DNA of 63,459 nt, filler included, from Phoronis australis (Eukaryota > Animalia > Phoronida), in the NCBI GenBank assembly GCA_002633005.1. It is 4 parts of 4 records of this genome, joined end to end, with 100 filler letters (N's around TTAATTAATTAA, not from the genome) between each part and the next. Parts side by side here need not be neighbours in the genome. Positions count along the whole stretch, not along the records: positions 1 to 30,394 come from NMRA01000575.1; 3 more parts are not named here. The stretch is one strand, 5' to 3'. A model generated the notes under the pieces. The model saw only the letters and a program-made list of their open reading frames with translations, did no database searches and had not been told where the DNA came from. The position numbers were made by a program, and so were the translations under genes. This document shows, piece after piece, positions 1-13,200 of this stretch. The stretch's first letter is position 1. Every line of letters begins with the position of its first letter.

Positions 1-39
1 CCCCCCCCCCCCTTACTGAAAACGTAGATCTGCCACTGC

Positions 40-990
40 TCAAACGCAATTAAAAAGGACTCTAATACTTTCAAACGCAGAACATCTTGCTCCACGTAGG
101 GAATTGACGTGTTTTCCACAATTTCTTGACGGGTGATTTTACGTGCGTGGCATTGCAGAAAATGATCTTGAATGTCGCCATTTTGAAGATGCATGGATAA
201 CCGACGGGAAAGACTGCAAACCGTTTGACCATATTAACATTCTTTGACGTTTGAACGAAGACATTCGTTCATAGGGCATACAAACTCTCTGTGCACCGGG
301 GCGGACTTTCGCATTAGAAATGTTATTTTTATGACCAAGTTGGAGGACTTCCTATTCCGATAATAAATAATAATATCGAGGCGATCGTCAGGCTTACAAA
401 CTTTAATATTGTCCCTTATAATTTTCTTAATGGCGTATTCGTCCTGGAGGTAATTATTAGACATGACATTTTTGTAGAATATCCTTTTGGTGACACCGGT
501 CCGACGTGCAGGGACTTCATAGCTAATTCTGGACACAAATCGCTTAATATGGAAATCCACCAAAGCATTGGTATACCCATTATTCACCAGTATTTCTTTA
601 TCCTCTTTAGGAAGTTGACCACAACGGCGACCACATACCGCACAGAGCACTCACTTTTGGCGTGGAGGCAGAAACCTTTATCAGTAGGCTTGTGGTAAAC
701 TGATGTAAAAAATTCAGATGGAGAATGCTGCACAAGAACGTCCAAAAACGGAATCTTGTCATTTACAGGAAGCTCGTGGGTAGGCTAAACTTCAATACAG
801 AGTGACGCTCAAGTTCATTACGTACTGATAACAAGTCATCAAAGGCACACTAAACAAAAATATCATCTACATAACGTACATAGATAGGAATACCACCAAT
901 CACATTGCTAGCCCTTTTTTCCACTTCAGACATATAAAATTCCGAGAAAGTGGGACCCAGAGGAGAGCCCATGCCCACACCATCTTTTTG
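40..990 (-). mobile_element. Penelope-like retroelement fragment (RT C-terminal half + GIY-YIG endonuclease), 5'-truncated and degenerate
   Basis: Minus strand reads QKDGVGMGSPLGPTFSEFYM...YVRYVDDIFV* (RT motifs, ~990-850), ILVNNGY...IIYYRNRKSSNLV (ORF 234..650) and YGQTVCSLSRRLSMHLQNG...RLKVLESFLI (GIY-YIG, ~235-45). Stops and frameshifts are present. It lies in an intron of the ankyrin-protease gene. Confidence 0.9.
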
Positions 991-1032
991 AAAAAAACGA
1001 CTACATCAGTCAATAACCATCGACGTACTTAC

Positions 1033-1281
1033 TGGGGACCTTATGATTCAGCAATGTGTATACATGATAGTTCGTCATCACGTACTTGGACCCGACTCGG
1101 AAGCCAGATCCCACCCCGCTTGCGTCTGACTTTGCGAGTAATACAACTGAAGATAATGCAGTGGTCAGAGACATGTGTAGATGAGCTGAAATGACGTTCT
1201 CGCCCCTGTCAGGGAATTTGCCCAAAAGACCTGACTGCTTCACGGGTACAATGAGAGGGAAATAATCTGAAAATGACAAAG
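1033..1281 (-). CDS. Exon 11: start of trypsin-like (FAM111-type) protease domain including the catalytic His motif
   Basis: SSVVLLAKSDASGVGSGFRVGSKYVMTNYHV. Phase-1 acceptor at 1282-1283 (alternative in-phase acceptor at 1267-1268); donor GTAAGT at 1032-1027. Confidence 0.8.
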
Positions 1282-4200
1282 CTGCATAGTAAGTAAAGTT
1301 CGATAAAGTGACAATTTATAACTGACTGTTAATGACCCAGACAGCGCCATCTTTAGACAGTTCTTTCTTTTTAACCTTTTTTTGCTCAGTATTTTCCTGA
1401 GAACAAAAATGATTTTTAGGTCTGTCTGGATGATTATGTTGTGTTTAGAATGTTAAACACACTGAACAGATGAGACGTAAAGTTTCCCCATAATAAAATT
1501 TAAAAGCACAACCTACATGTATAGGGACTACATTTCAGCTGATGGACGAATCCATAACCAGGGTTGCTAAATCCGTTAATTTAAAGGTAGTGTGAAAAAT
1601 ATAACTGTATTTCAAAATATCCACACTCAAAAATGTAATCGTTCAGATTTCGAGTGCCGAAAAAGAACCCAATTTCACAGAAGGTTGATGTTATTTCAAA
1701 TTCCAGCACTACAAAAAAATAATAATCAGGTACAACCAGTCACAAATGATAAGTTGGCGTACATGTGTAGGTTTATAAAGTCACAGGACAATCACTCAAG
1801 GTATGGTATACAGTGCAACTTAACATTACAAAATATATGCTCTAAGTTGAAAGAAACACAAAATTTGAATTGTTTGTTGTTTAGTTTTATATATCTATAT
1901 TTATTGTATGTTGCATTTTTGAACCAGTCATTGGTTGTAGACGTTGTCGCAAGCTAAGCACACCTTTCTCGAGGCAATATTAAATGTGTGATAAACGATT
2001 GCCACAAATAACTTGTCACAATGACATTTGTCTGCACAGTATGTCTAGTTGGAAGGGTGAATATCCTATTTCAAAAACACTACTGCAAATCACATGCTAA
2101 GTCACATAACATCTTATAAAGTCCAGTCGGTGACGTTTGCATGTACACGCGCATTTCTTGCAAAAAACACACTGGCAGTCATTCCAGTTTGATTTCGCCT
2201 GAAAATGTCTTTTCAATAAAAGTTTCATTTGGTATAAGTCTGTGTAAGCTCAAGTTTACACAGTGGGGGCTGCTACATGTAAAAGTCGTAATACAAAGTA
2301 CCCATCAGTTTGGGATCCACACTCAGAAGGTCCATCGTCCCGTCGTCATTACTCTTTACTCGTACGACCACGTCTACCACACCATCAGGTATGACTTGAC
2401 CCTGTGACTTTAAATAAGACTTCAGTGCCGCTAACAAAACGTTCTTTTCATCATCAACAGGCGTGGGATTTTCATCAGCGTCTACATCTGAGGTAGGTAG
2501 TTTTACGCTCTGACGCCTGGATCGCATGTGCATCTGCAGTTAAGAACGAATTTCAAATTAAAAATACAACTATTCACACAAAAGTATTACTACATTGACT
2601 CTGAAATGGTTTAAATATTACAGTTACCAACAATGCACTGAGAGAAAATTGACCCCGTACTCGCTTGAGCACAATGTATATTTATAACCAAGAAACACTT
2701 ATGCATCACATAGGAAAGAGTTGTTAGTCTTCTTATTCACCATATGTTGGTTTCACCAAATGACCCATGGTCAAGTCTAAACACATTTCTGTCCGGATTG
2801 AGATTCAAACAAGGTACTTTCCCTTACCGTGGACATTGCGTTCATGAAGACTCATATTTTTTTCTTAAGTGATACCATCGCGCTAACTTATATTAACATA
2901 CAACATTTTTGCATGAAAATATTATACTTGTAAGTATGCGTTTCCTTGCAACAAAGTATTGTATGCGAATACCATGTACGCAAAATTTGGAATCCAATGC
3001 AGATGAACATGAAAGTTCAACACAGTGTGCTACTTATGTATATTTAACATTAAGAGTTGTTGCGAGTAACACATTCACAATACATGACTTCTACATGTAG
3101 GTCATCATTTGGTGCGAGACACCTCAATCCAAGAGATGTGTGGCTTTCGGAGGATCAGACAATTAAAGACAACACTAATGCAATCCCATCCTATTCCTGA
3201 TATTGACACGCTGCTATGATATAAACCACGTAAACATCACTATTGCCATGGTAACTAGAATTATATTATTTTTCACCAACACATACCTCAAGGACTTTCT
3301 TTATTTTCTCGATAGTCTCATCCTCAACCTTGTTAAAAAACACGTGACATTCATTGCCACAGACATCGAGAGCTGTTTTATTATCCTGCAAAACAAAAAT
3401 ACAGAGCCCATCGTTCAGAGGAACATACGTCATGTGAATTTACGCACCACTATGTGTTAAACATCTACTATATCAAGCGCTTAACTTGTGTATTGTGGAC
3501 AAAACACTCCGGTCCGGATGCTTAGGCATAACGCTGCATGAGCAGTTTGTGTCAGTACTAGATTAGAGAAAAAACGGCGACTACAAAATGGAGATTCTGT
3601 TGGCCAAAATTTCTTCAATTATTGACTACTTTTAAAAAAAGTTCTCAAAATTTATCATGTTATTTAGAATGTCACCCGGCTGGTACATAAATGAGTAATT
3701 TGAATTCGTTGAAAATCACGTGTAAAAAGCCGCTTTTGTGTTTATGGTTAGTGTTAAGAGAAAAGTAAACAAGGACTTTGTCTGCAACTGTACTGTGCTG
3801 TTCCATTATACTAGGACCTACATGTGAATGTTTTGGTAATATATTCAACAAGCATTCAAACACTAATATCTACACATAAAATTATATTGCGATATCTAGT
3901 CTACAATTTGCTTTACCTATCAACTGACAAATGCCTTGCAGCGATGTTATTTAACGTTTGCCTCTAAAACAAAGATAGACATTGGTAAAATGCATTGACC
4001 TTGTCATCTTACCTCATTAAGAATTGTTGCATCAACATTATTTTGAACGAGAAGTTCCACAACTGCTAGCCGGCCATGCATAGACGCTTCGTGCAGGGGC
4101 GTATTGCCTCTCTACAATAAGTATTGAAGCTGAACACAATACACATTAGCACCATTTCAATTAGTGGTTGAACTGCTCGCGTAAATAAAAGCTAAGTGGT

Positions 4201-7200
4201 CTATTTTCAGTCAGATTAGCGAAAGAAATTGTCCGATATTTAATCAAGGACAAAATGAAGCAACTTTGATTTATTTTAATCAAGTCTAACGGATACTTTG
4301 TTGCTGTCAAGCAATTTTGGGTGTTAGAAGAGTGGTGTGACTCTCGATAAGGCAGGTGGAAAATGTACATGTATAGAAAGTAAACAAAATTGATACGCCA
4401 TATAATCTTATTCATTTTTAATAATCATAATGAATGATCCTAATCCTTGAGCCCACTGGGTGTGATCGTTATTTTTCAATGAACGTTAGTCATTTGCAGC
4501 TGGCACACCAGTGGCTTACGTAAACTATTTGGTACTTTTTTAAATTTTACAAACTGATTTCGCTAAAGCAGATGCTCGGTCTATATCATGTCAACTGAAT
4601 TTGGCCATTCTTCTGTCACAGTAGGAATAGCCTTCAGGTATCAATACCTGTGTTGCTGATCGAATACACAGTCAGATTGCCATTGACATTTATTCGACCG
4701 CTTAAGCATATGCTGTACATGCGTGTCATATATTTACTTGTCACATTGTAATGCACTTTACTTCTTTCGAGTAAACCAAGGAAATCGTAACCCACTGCAC
4801 AACATTACAAGTGCGTTCCGTGTTTAGGCACTTACGCCGTATATCGGAAATAAAGAAACTGAGGAAAATTTCCTTCTTAAGTGTTTCACATATACTTGTA
4901 GACGCATGCTTATGCCTTGCTTATAGGCACAGGTGGAAATCCGTTGTATATGTGCGCAGAATTATTTTTGTATACTTATGTAATTTTTTAAATCCACGAC
5001 TTTGCGCAACTTCGTGCACATAAGGTAAAAATGTATAAAACAGACACATTGGCTCACAAGGCAAATATTGGAATTGTGTACACTGTACATGTATAAGAAA
5101 ATCAGTAAAACTTTTGCTGACATGACAGTTATTGCCTCGGCTCTAAAGCAAGCTTCACTAAATTTCCGAATGGTGGCACCCGTCGACATCTAAGCACGAC
5201 TAATGTATGCAAAGTTGAACGGACTGGCACAAATAACATTACATAACTGAACAGGTTTGTGCGAATGATACTTTGGTGACAATTTCAGTGAAGATAGCTA
5301 GAAAAATTTGCAAAATACAAACCGAAAGAAACGATGAGGATATATTTCATTCACAAAAAAAAATTTCTAATCCAACGAACTTTGGTAGCTTTTCACTGAA
5401 TAATAAAGGCAATTTGAAACTATTGTTTATACTTATGAGAACATAAGATGTGGTCGAACAATAACATGTTGCCACCAATCACTAACATATCTTTAGTGAA
5501 CATGGAAGTAAATGTTCCGGAAATGGAGTCAGATTATGTACAAAGTTATAGCTATGTTGAAATTGAGGTCAGTATAAATTATACATGTAATGTATGTCAT
5601 GATCTAAAACTGAGGGAGCCTGGACAATCAGCACCAACGTTTATACAAATGTTTAGCGCTTAGATAAAGAGAACACAACACTTGAACATCAAAGCTAAGT
5701 CGGAATGTGTTTTCATTATTTTTTAAAGTTCTGTCTTGCTACACAATGTGATTTACATTGTTGTTTTATCTGTTTGACAACTGCGACATTGACACGTTTT
5801 TCAAAAATTACTTTCAAGACTGTTCGTTCGTTAACCATTCTCAGACGCTACGTAAACTGATGTGTCACCATCACAATAAATGAAACGATTCAAATGCACG
5901 CGTCTACTGCTGTGCGTTTCTTTCAAATAAGCTCAAATATTCCACACGTTCTAGCAATCGACCCTCTTTATAAAATTAGCGTTGTTTGTTTCGTGATTGG
6001 CACATTTTTAGAATCTTTTCACGAAATCTACACGACAAGTTTACCAAGTAATACCGCAAAAGTCCATTTTCGCACACGAAATTGTTTCACTTAATTCATG
6101 TCGGCTGTCTAATTCAATTCTTCCACAAAATGTAGATTTGCAAACGTTCACTTTATGGACAACATTGGCTGCGTTCTGAGAGTAATTTGCGTGAAAGTTG
6201 ATTTTTTCAGATGCCAATATTTAGAGTTTCCAACCAAATAAATTTCCGATACGTAAGGACTCACAACCATTTTGCGCACAGCGTGTTGGACATACACGGC
6301 GTGTGGAATTAACTTCTTAAACCGTCCATACTTTATGCATTGACTGGAACAATTCGGACTTTGCAGTCCAGGAGAGAAAAGAAAGACGTGCCATTTCTCT
6401 CCCGTGCGCCACAATGATTGATAAAGGATGTCCAACTTGGAATCCAGAAACTGCATCATGCTTTATTGAAGCGTTATATGACGGTTTCATCAAAAGACAA
6501 GCGTGGCCATTAGCGGGCAAACTAAGTTAGGTGCCGTAAAAATCCGTTATTGAGTAAATATGGGAGGAATAATAAATGGACGTCAAAGTCCATGTCAAAT
6601 GTCAATTACGTCTATTATATGGGCTACACTTTTATATTTCCGAATTTCAATGTTTTGTTTCACTAAAATGAATTTGAACGCGTGAGGAAAATACAGGCAC
6701 TATTGGCATGCGTATTAATCTGAGAAATGAATTTCTTCATCAACTGTAAAAAACGTCGACACTTAGGATTCCTGTAAACAAGAGACACTAAGGAGTCTGC
6801 GCTGTGAAAACTAACAAAATAACAATATTCATGACACGTAGTCAATGTCATTTAGTTCAGCTACTGAATAGTTGTCAGTATTAGAGAAGGAAAATTGAAA
6901 ACTTGATATAAAGCGGTAAATCTGGGTCTGCCAGAAAACGGGTGAGATAATCTTAGCAACAGAAAAAACGACCCGTTTAGTCGAACGAACATTACGAGTG
7001 TTGTAATGACCACAACAGCTCGAAACTTTTGTGTTTAGCCGACTAGAAATATATGAGCGCCTTTTTTTCTTTAGCAGAACTGAAAGTGAGGGCTATAGCC
7101 TGTAATGTGCCGGTTTTATCATGAGTCAGTAAACCTCAACATTTCCACGGTGTGCACTGCTGGAAAAACCAAAAAATACGAAAGTTGGCCACGATCAGTA

Positions 7201-10200
7201 TAACTGGTAATTGTACTGTACTCTATCGGCGACACAATGTATTGGATCATTTCCCAGCGCCAACTTTTCATTTTTTTAATGAATCACCGATATAGGCAAA
7301 TACTTTTACTATCTCTACTCAATAATGTAAAATATTCTGAGGCCACATGGCTTGAACATGTGATGAAAAAGTACAGTGGGTTGTTTAGTATGGGTTTGAA
7401 TGATAGATTACGAGCGCTAGACGACTCACCGTGGTGTGTTTGGCACCCAGTTATTAGTATTTTTACACTGTCTGCCCTACCGTGACATTTTTCACTTTTG
7501 GCATTTGCATTGTTTAGGTTAAGAGTGAGGCAAAATGATGTTAAGCTCAAGATGTGAAACAACATTTACACAAATGTATCTGCCTATGTCCAAAAAAAAA
7601 ACAAAATGATTCAAAAACGTATTCACTTTGGTCAACTAAATTCGCTGAATCAACTGCAACTGAGCAAATTCCTTGCGAAATTGTAAAATTCTAGGAAAGC
7701 AAGGGTTCCAAACGTTGGTTTTGTTTCTCGTTTTATTGATACAAAGATAACCGTTTTTGCTCTACTGAAGGCATGTTTTGTTAACTTCGGTAATAAATCT
7801 ATAATCTTATAAATACCATGTTTACCAGTAAAGTAAATTTCACCGACACATGTACTCCATCGAGACTCAAATACCGCTATCTTTTGTTTAAACAACAAGA
7901 CACAAATAATGGCATCAATCTGAACTTTTGAAACATAAAAATTACCATCTAAGTGATTTATTTGTCAATTTCATTTTTTTTTAGCGAAGCAGGCACACAT
8001 TCGTAATTAATCTATTTTTCTGCAAGATATCCCGGCATAAATTTGAATTCTTTCAGCTTGAAGTTGGCAAACTTAAATAATTGTGTTGATATTTTAAGGG
8101 TACAAAACGCGTCACTTATAACAAGCAGTCAGTATTTATCGCTTTGCTACTGCATGTGGCGATTATGAAGGGATTCCCAGAGCAAAATAGCCTGACATCA
8201 CTGGCTTGCACGAGAGGAACTTTAAAAAATAATGCATAGAGCAGAAATAGCAGTTTGAATAAAAATGGCTTTCACCAACACATTTCATGGAATATAAATA
8301 AATCAATGGCGCTTCGATTTAATAACTGAAACTAAATATGTACAGAAGTGGTTTTAAAGCAAGATGTAGGTCTTTTTGATGGAATAGTTTGTTGATAAAT
8401 GAACAAATCCTCAAACTCAGAGTACCGTTTGAGCACTACCGACAAAATTCTAAAATCAGTTCCGAACATCAGGTGTATTCATTCTCCAATGTGGAGGACC
8501 TCGAATAAGTTCCTACATCATTTTGAAGTTTCTGTTGTACATTTTAAAAGCAGTAACTGAGATATTTGAACTGGTTAATGTATGTTTGACACATGAAACT
8601 TTTGATAACGTGGCCACCAACACAAATCACGGCCAGACCTATTCAAGATGTTTCAAAGAGAAATCACGTACCTCAACACAAGCTCCGCATTGAAATGAGG
8701 AAATACATCCTCATAGCTTTAAAAGTTTCCGCAACTAAACAATAAAACTTGCTTACATAACAAAAAGACGAGAGATCAACGAGATGAAGTACGATGCCAT
8801 ATTTTTGAAACAAGCGAAGCAGACGACAGGTAAAAAACACGCTACTGTTTCCGACAACAAAATTCACGCAAAAATCGTAAACAAACCAGCTTCAATGTAT
8901 ACACAATTTAAAGCACCTGCACATGTATACACAGACTTTGAATTTACATGTATTGTGGATTACAGCTCGTTTACTAGATTCAGAGTGCTCGGCTTGGCAC
9001 CGTGATAAAAGGACTTGTGCTTTCGACGGACTGCCCGGGACTTTGCCTCAGTCACGCCCTAGATTTCAACTCCATAAAATGGTAAATCCGACCTTGGCAG
9101 GAACAAACACGGTTGTGTGGTGGGGTCGAAATACATGTACAGTTAAGTCATGGGGTTAGAACACATGGATAAATTGATTGCTAAATTATCGTTATATTAA
9201 AACTAAGCAAGACTAAAACCTTCCTAAACGCGCATCTGATTCCTTGCAGTGAACTGATTAAAAACCTGCATGTGTTATAATTAATGAAGCGAGGAAATCT
9301 GAACCTGTGGCTGTTGTCGACCATTGATGGCGCGTTCGGTCTGTTTTTATTTCTGCCAAATTAATACGATTAGACAAGCTGCTTTGAATCACTGAGTGAT
9401 CTGGGGAGGTGCATGGACTGAAGAAGAGATTCTTTGTAAGTAGGAGACAGATCATTTTTGACGAGATATTTATTACGAATGAATATATCCTCGAACTCAT
9501 AGTCCATTTTTTGCAGTCTTAACTAATCAAGAAGTACAACACTCTTGCAATACCTCGTTGACAGTATTGATGTCACATCCGCTTTCCATGCACAGTAGTT
9601 TCACTACTTCTGTATGTCCACCTGCAGATGCCGCATGCAGCGGTGTGTTACGCCACTACAGTAAGTGAACAAAAATAGATAATGTTGATCAGCATTATAC
9701 AGTAGTGATGTGGGTGGGTGAACAGGTCGAGTCTTATACTTTTCCAGTTCAAACTTCAACATCAGTTGCAATACTGATGAAGGGTGTGACTCAACAGGAC
9801 AGACCAAAACGTGATATTTAAACTCAGACATCACTTGCACGGGATTTTTTAAATGTTCCTTTGATCTGATGTAGTCACGTGATTGAAAAGAGTATTTTAA
9901 ATGTAACAACTTGATCTTATACATTACAACAGAGGGACATTCATTTAATGAGTGCTGTGGAAATGCAAGTAAAGAACCAAGTCACTGTGCAAGTCTAGGT
10001 GAACTAAAAACTGTTTATAATTAGTTAAAGTCGCGTGCACGTCACGTCACGTGCGGTGGAATGCAACAAAAATGTCAATGTTTAAAATGAAATCATAAAT
10101 CACAATTAATTAAATCATTGAATGATTCAGCCAAGTCACATGTTGTGGGTTCATCATCGTTGTGTAAACAACTAGTTCAACTAAACAACCTGTGTGTCAT

Positions 10201-13200
10201 TACTTACCTTATCACGTACATCTACACTGGCCTTGTTGGCCAACATCACCTTCGCTGCGTCTGTATGACCACGCTCTGCTGCCCTGTGCAGCGGTGTCCA
10301 GCCCGACTATGTAATATATAATGGAGATGTGTGAATGGACGATCAACGTTTAGAGCTAATTAACATACACTGGGGAAAGTGAACTTGTAAGGTGACATAA
10401 ATGAAACATTACTGACCCCTCTAAGACGCTAAAATACTTGTAATGATATCAAGAATCAACATGAGTGCTTCAGATTTTAAACGTGGCTGTAACAACAGAA
10501 CATGCTTTGGCCGTTCTACGCAACTTTGAGAGTTCACGAATGTAAAGCAGACGACTTTTAATTTGTCTTGCTTTTGAGACATTAAATTGCAAAAAAGATC
10601 AAGGAAATGTGTCCCTAAACATTTTAAACTATCCTTATGTAAACAACTAGTTCAACTAAACAACCTGTGTGTCATTACTTACCTCATCACGTACATCTAC
10701 ACTGGCCTTGTTGGCCAATAACACCTTCACTATGTCTGTATGACCATCCCATGCTGCCCAGTACAGCGGTGTCCAGCCCAACTATGTAATATATAATGGA
10801 GATGTGTGAATGGACGATCAACGTTTAGAGCTAATTAACATACACAGGGGAAAATGAACTTGTAAGGTGACATACATGAAACATTACTGACCCCTCTAAG
10901 ACGCTACAATACTTGTAATGATTTCAAGAATCAAGTGTTACACATTTTAAAACGTTGCAGGACATGTTACAACTCTACGCAGCTTTGGTTCTTCACCAAG
11001 AAAAGCAGACGACATTGAACTTGTCATTGTTTTTGGACAATAAATTGTGAAAAATATCAACAAAATGTGTTCCTAAACAGTTTTAATCATCGTGTTTGTT
11101 AACAACTAGTTCAACTAAACAACCTGTGTGTCATTACTTACCCCATCACGTACATCTACACTGGCCTTGTTGGCCAACAAATACTTCACCTGCAGCACGT
11201 TCACTGTGTCTGTACGATCACGCACCCGTGTCCAGCCCCCCTATGTAATATATAATGGAGATGTGTGAATGGACGATCAACGTTTAGAGCTAATTAACAT
11301 ACACGGGGGAAAGTGAACTTGTAAGGTGACATAAATGCAACATCACTGATCACTCTAAGACGCTACAATACTTGTAATGATTTCAAGAAGCAAGTGTTGC
11401 AGATTTTAAAACGTTGCTGTAACAACAGAACATGTTGTAGACGTCGACTGTAAGAAATTACAGAGTTCCTGCATAACTTGACAGCGATCCCGCCATGTTG
11501 TATTTCTTCACCGATTTTCTGGCTTAGTGTTTAATATAAATTTGTAATGTTGATTGGAAGATTGTCATTAAGAATAGAAAAGTATCAACGTTAAGTCCAC
11601 AAATATATTGTTGACACAATTCAAACCTCAATGTTTCTTAAGATGCATGTACAGGGTACAGATTGAAAAATATTTGTTGAAATCATGAGATATGAAAAGT
11701 GTATTTACACACAAAATATTTAGTTAAACTTCAGATAGTCTACTGTTTTTGTAACAAAGATAACATTGTCTTAATTCTAATGTCGTCTCAAGTAGTCTCT
11801 ATTACCTCGTCTTGCACGTCTACATCGGCCCCACCCTGCACCAGCACCCTCACCACCTCCGTCCTGCCCCTCCCTGCTGCCAGGTGAAGTGCAGTCTGGC
11901 GCTGCAGAAACAATGAACAAGTTATAGCAAACTTCACAATCAATAACTTCACTGTGAATCTTAATTACTCGTCATGCAAAGGTTGAAATACCACAATTGT
12001 ACACAGATTCTCTATTAATTTGATGTGAGTAAAAGATCTAATTAAATTATCTTTTGTTAGCCACCTGAACGGGTATTTTGCTAAAAACAATTTTTGACAC
12101 AAAAAACTATGTATTGGACACCAATGTTGAAGCTAAATGTGCTCTGTATGAAAGCAGCGATCACAAGGTTAAAATTTACGGGGCTGCCTGATATTCTTAG
12201 TATATCGACCATACCTGCTGGGTGCATCAATTGAGAAACACGGTGAAACTAAGTTATACGTCCAGTTTCACTTCTGCCTGAGGTCCAAAATAATTTCTAA
12301 CGGATGTGTGTCATTAACAAACAGGAATACAACTATGACATAACATCAATACATGAATAAAATGATATTGGAATAGGCAATCTTTGGTAGGCCTATATGG
12401 TGTTTTACTGGTTAGGAACAAATGCAGAGAGAACACATTCAACTTGTCAATGACATTGAACAAAGTGGTAACTGGTAAAACCTCCTAGAAAAGAATAAAC
12501 CCTTCTCTACAAATTAAGCACATTATGAAACACATTTTACCAAAACCATTCTTCTAGTAAGACTGATGGTCAATCAATCACGTGGTTCCCATTTTGCCAA
12601 AAATCCAAACGAATTGATGTGATGTTCTGAGTCTTCAGACGCCGAGACAGTGGCCTGGCCAAGCGAACTGCTGCTTTTAAAAAGAGCACTTTGCCGGCCA
12701 GTTTTCGCGTGTACACGCGATAAATTGATACATTCGCCTGTTCTTGAATATATTTAAAGGGGCATTTCCTTATCACAAGGAGCCAATTAAAGAGACTATG
12801 ACCATGAAAAATATCATGAAACGTACTGCATCTTGAGTTTTTTGACACTCGTTTGACATTGTAAATGCTGTGTTTTGGCATGGACACCATTTTCAAACTT
12901 GTATAAAAAGTTTGACATGATCAATGATTTACCTTATGCAACATTTTGTTTTTGAACGATCACGGCCTTTTTATGAAAAGCAAACAAGGAATACAAAAAG
13001 GTCAACATCAACATAAGCTGCCTCTTCTTGCCGACGGCCACTTGGACCCGACGGTTACAGACGTATAAATAACCCTAGGCATATTAATAGCCGAACGGCA
13101 GCCACGACTTGGGTTTCAGCAGACCAGTTTTGGACTGCAAACTATTGCAAAGTAGACGCAACATTTATTGGAACAAGCACCCAGTGCTCTACAAATCGCC

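Larger units (their letters stand above)
10160..11435. repeat. Tandem triplication of a ~460-475 bp unit containing one ankyrin exon plus flanking intron
   Basis: Near-identical blocks aaacaactagttcaactaaacaacctgtgtgtcattacttac and ctatgtaatatataatggagatgtgtgaatggacgatc recur with 475 and 459 bp spacing. Confidence 0.95.
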
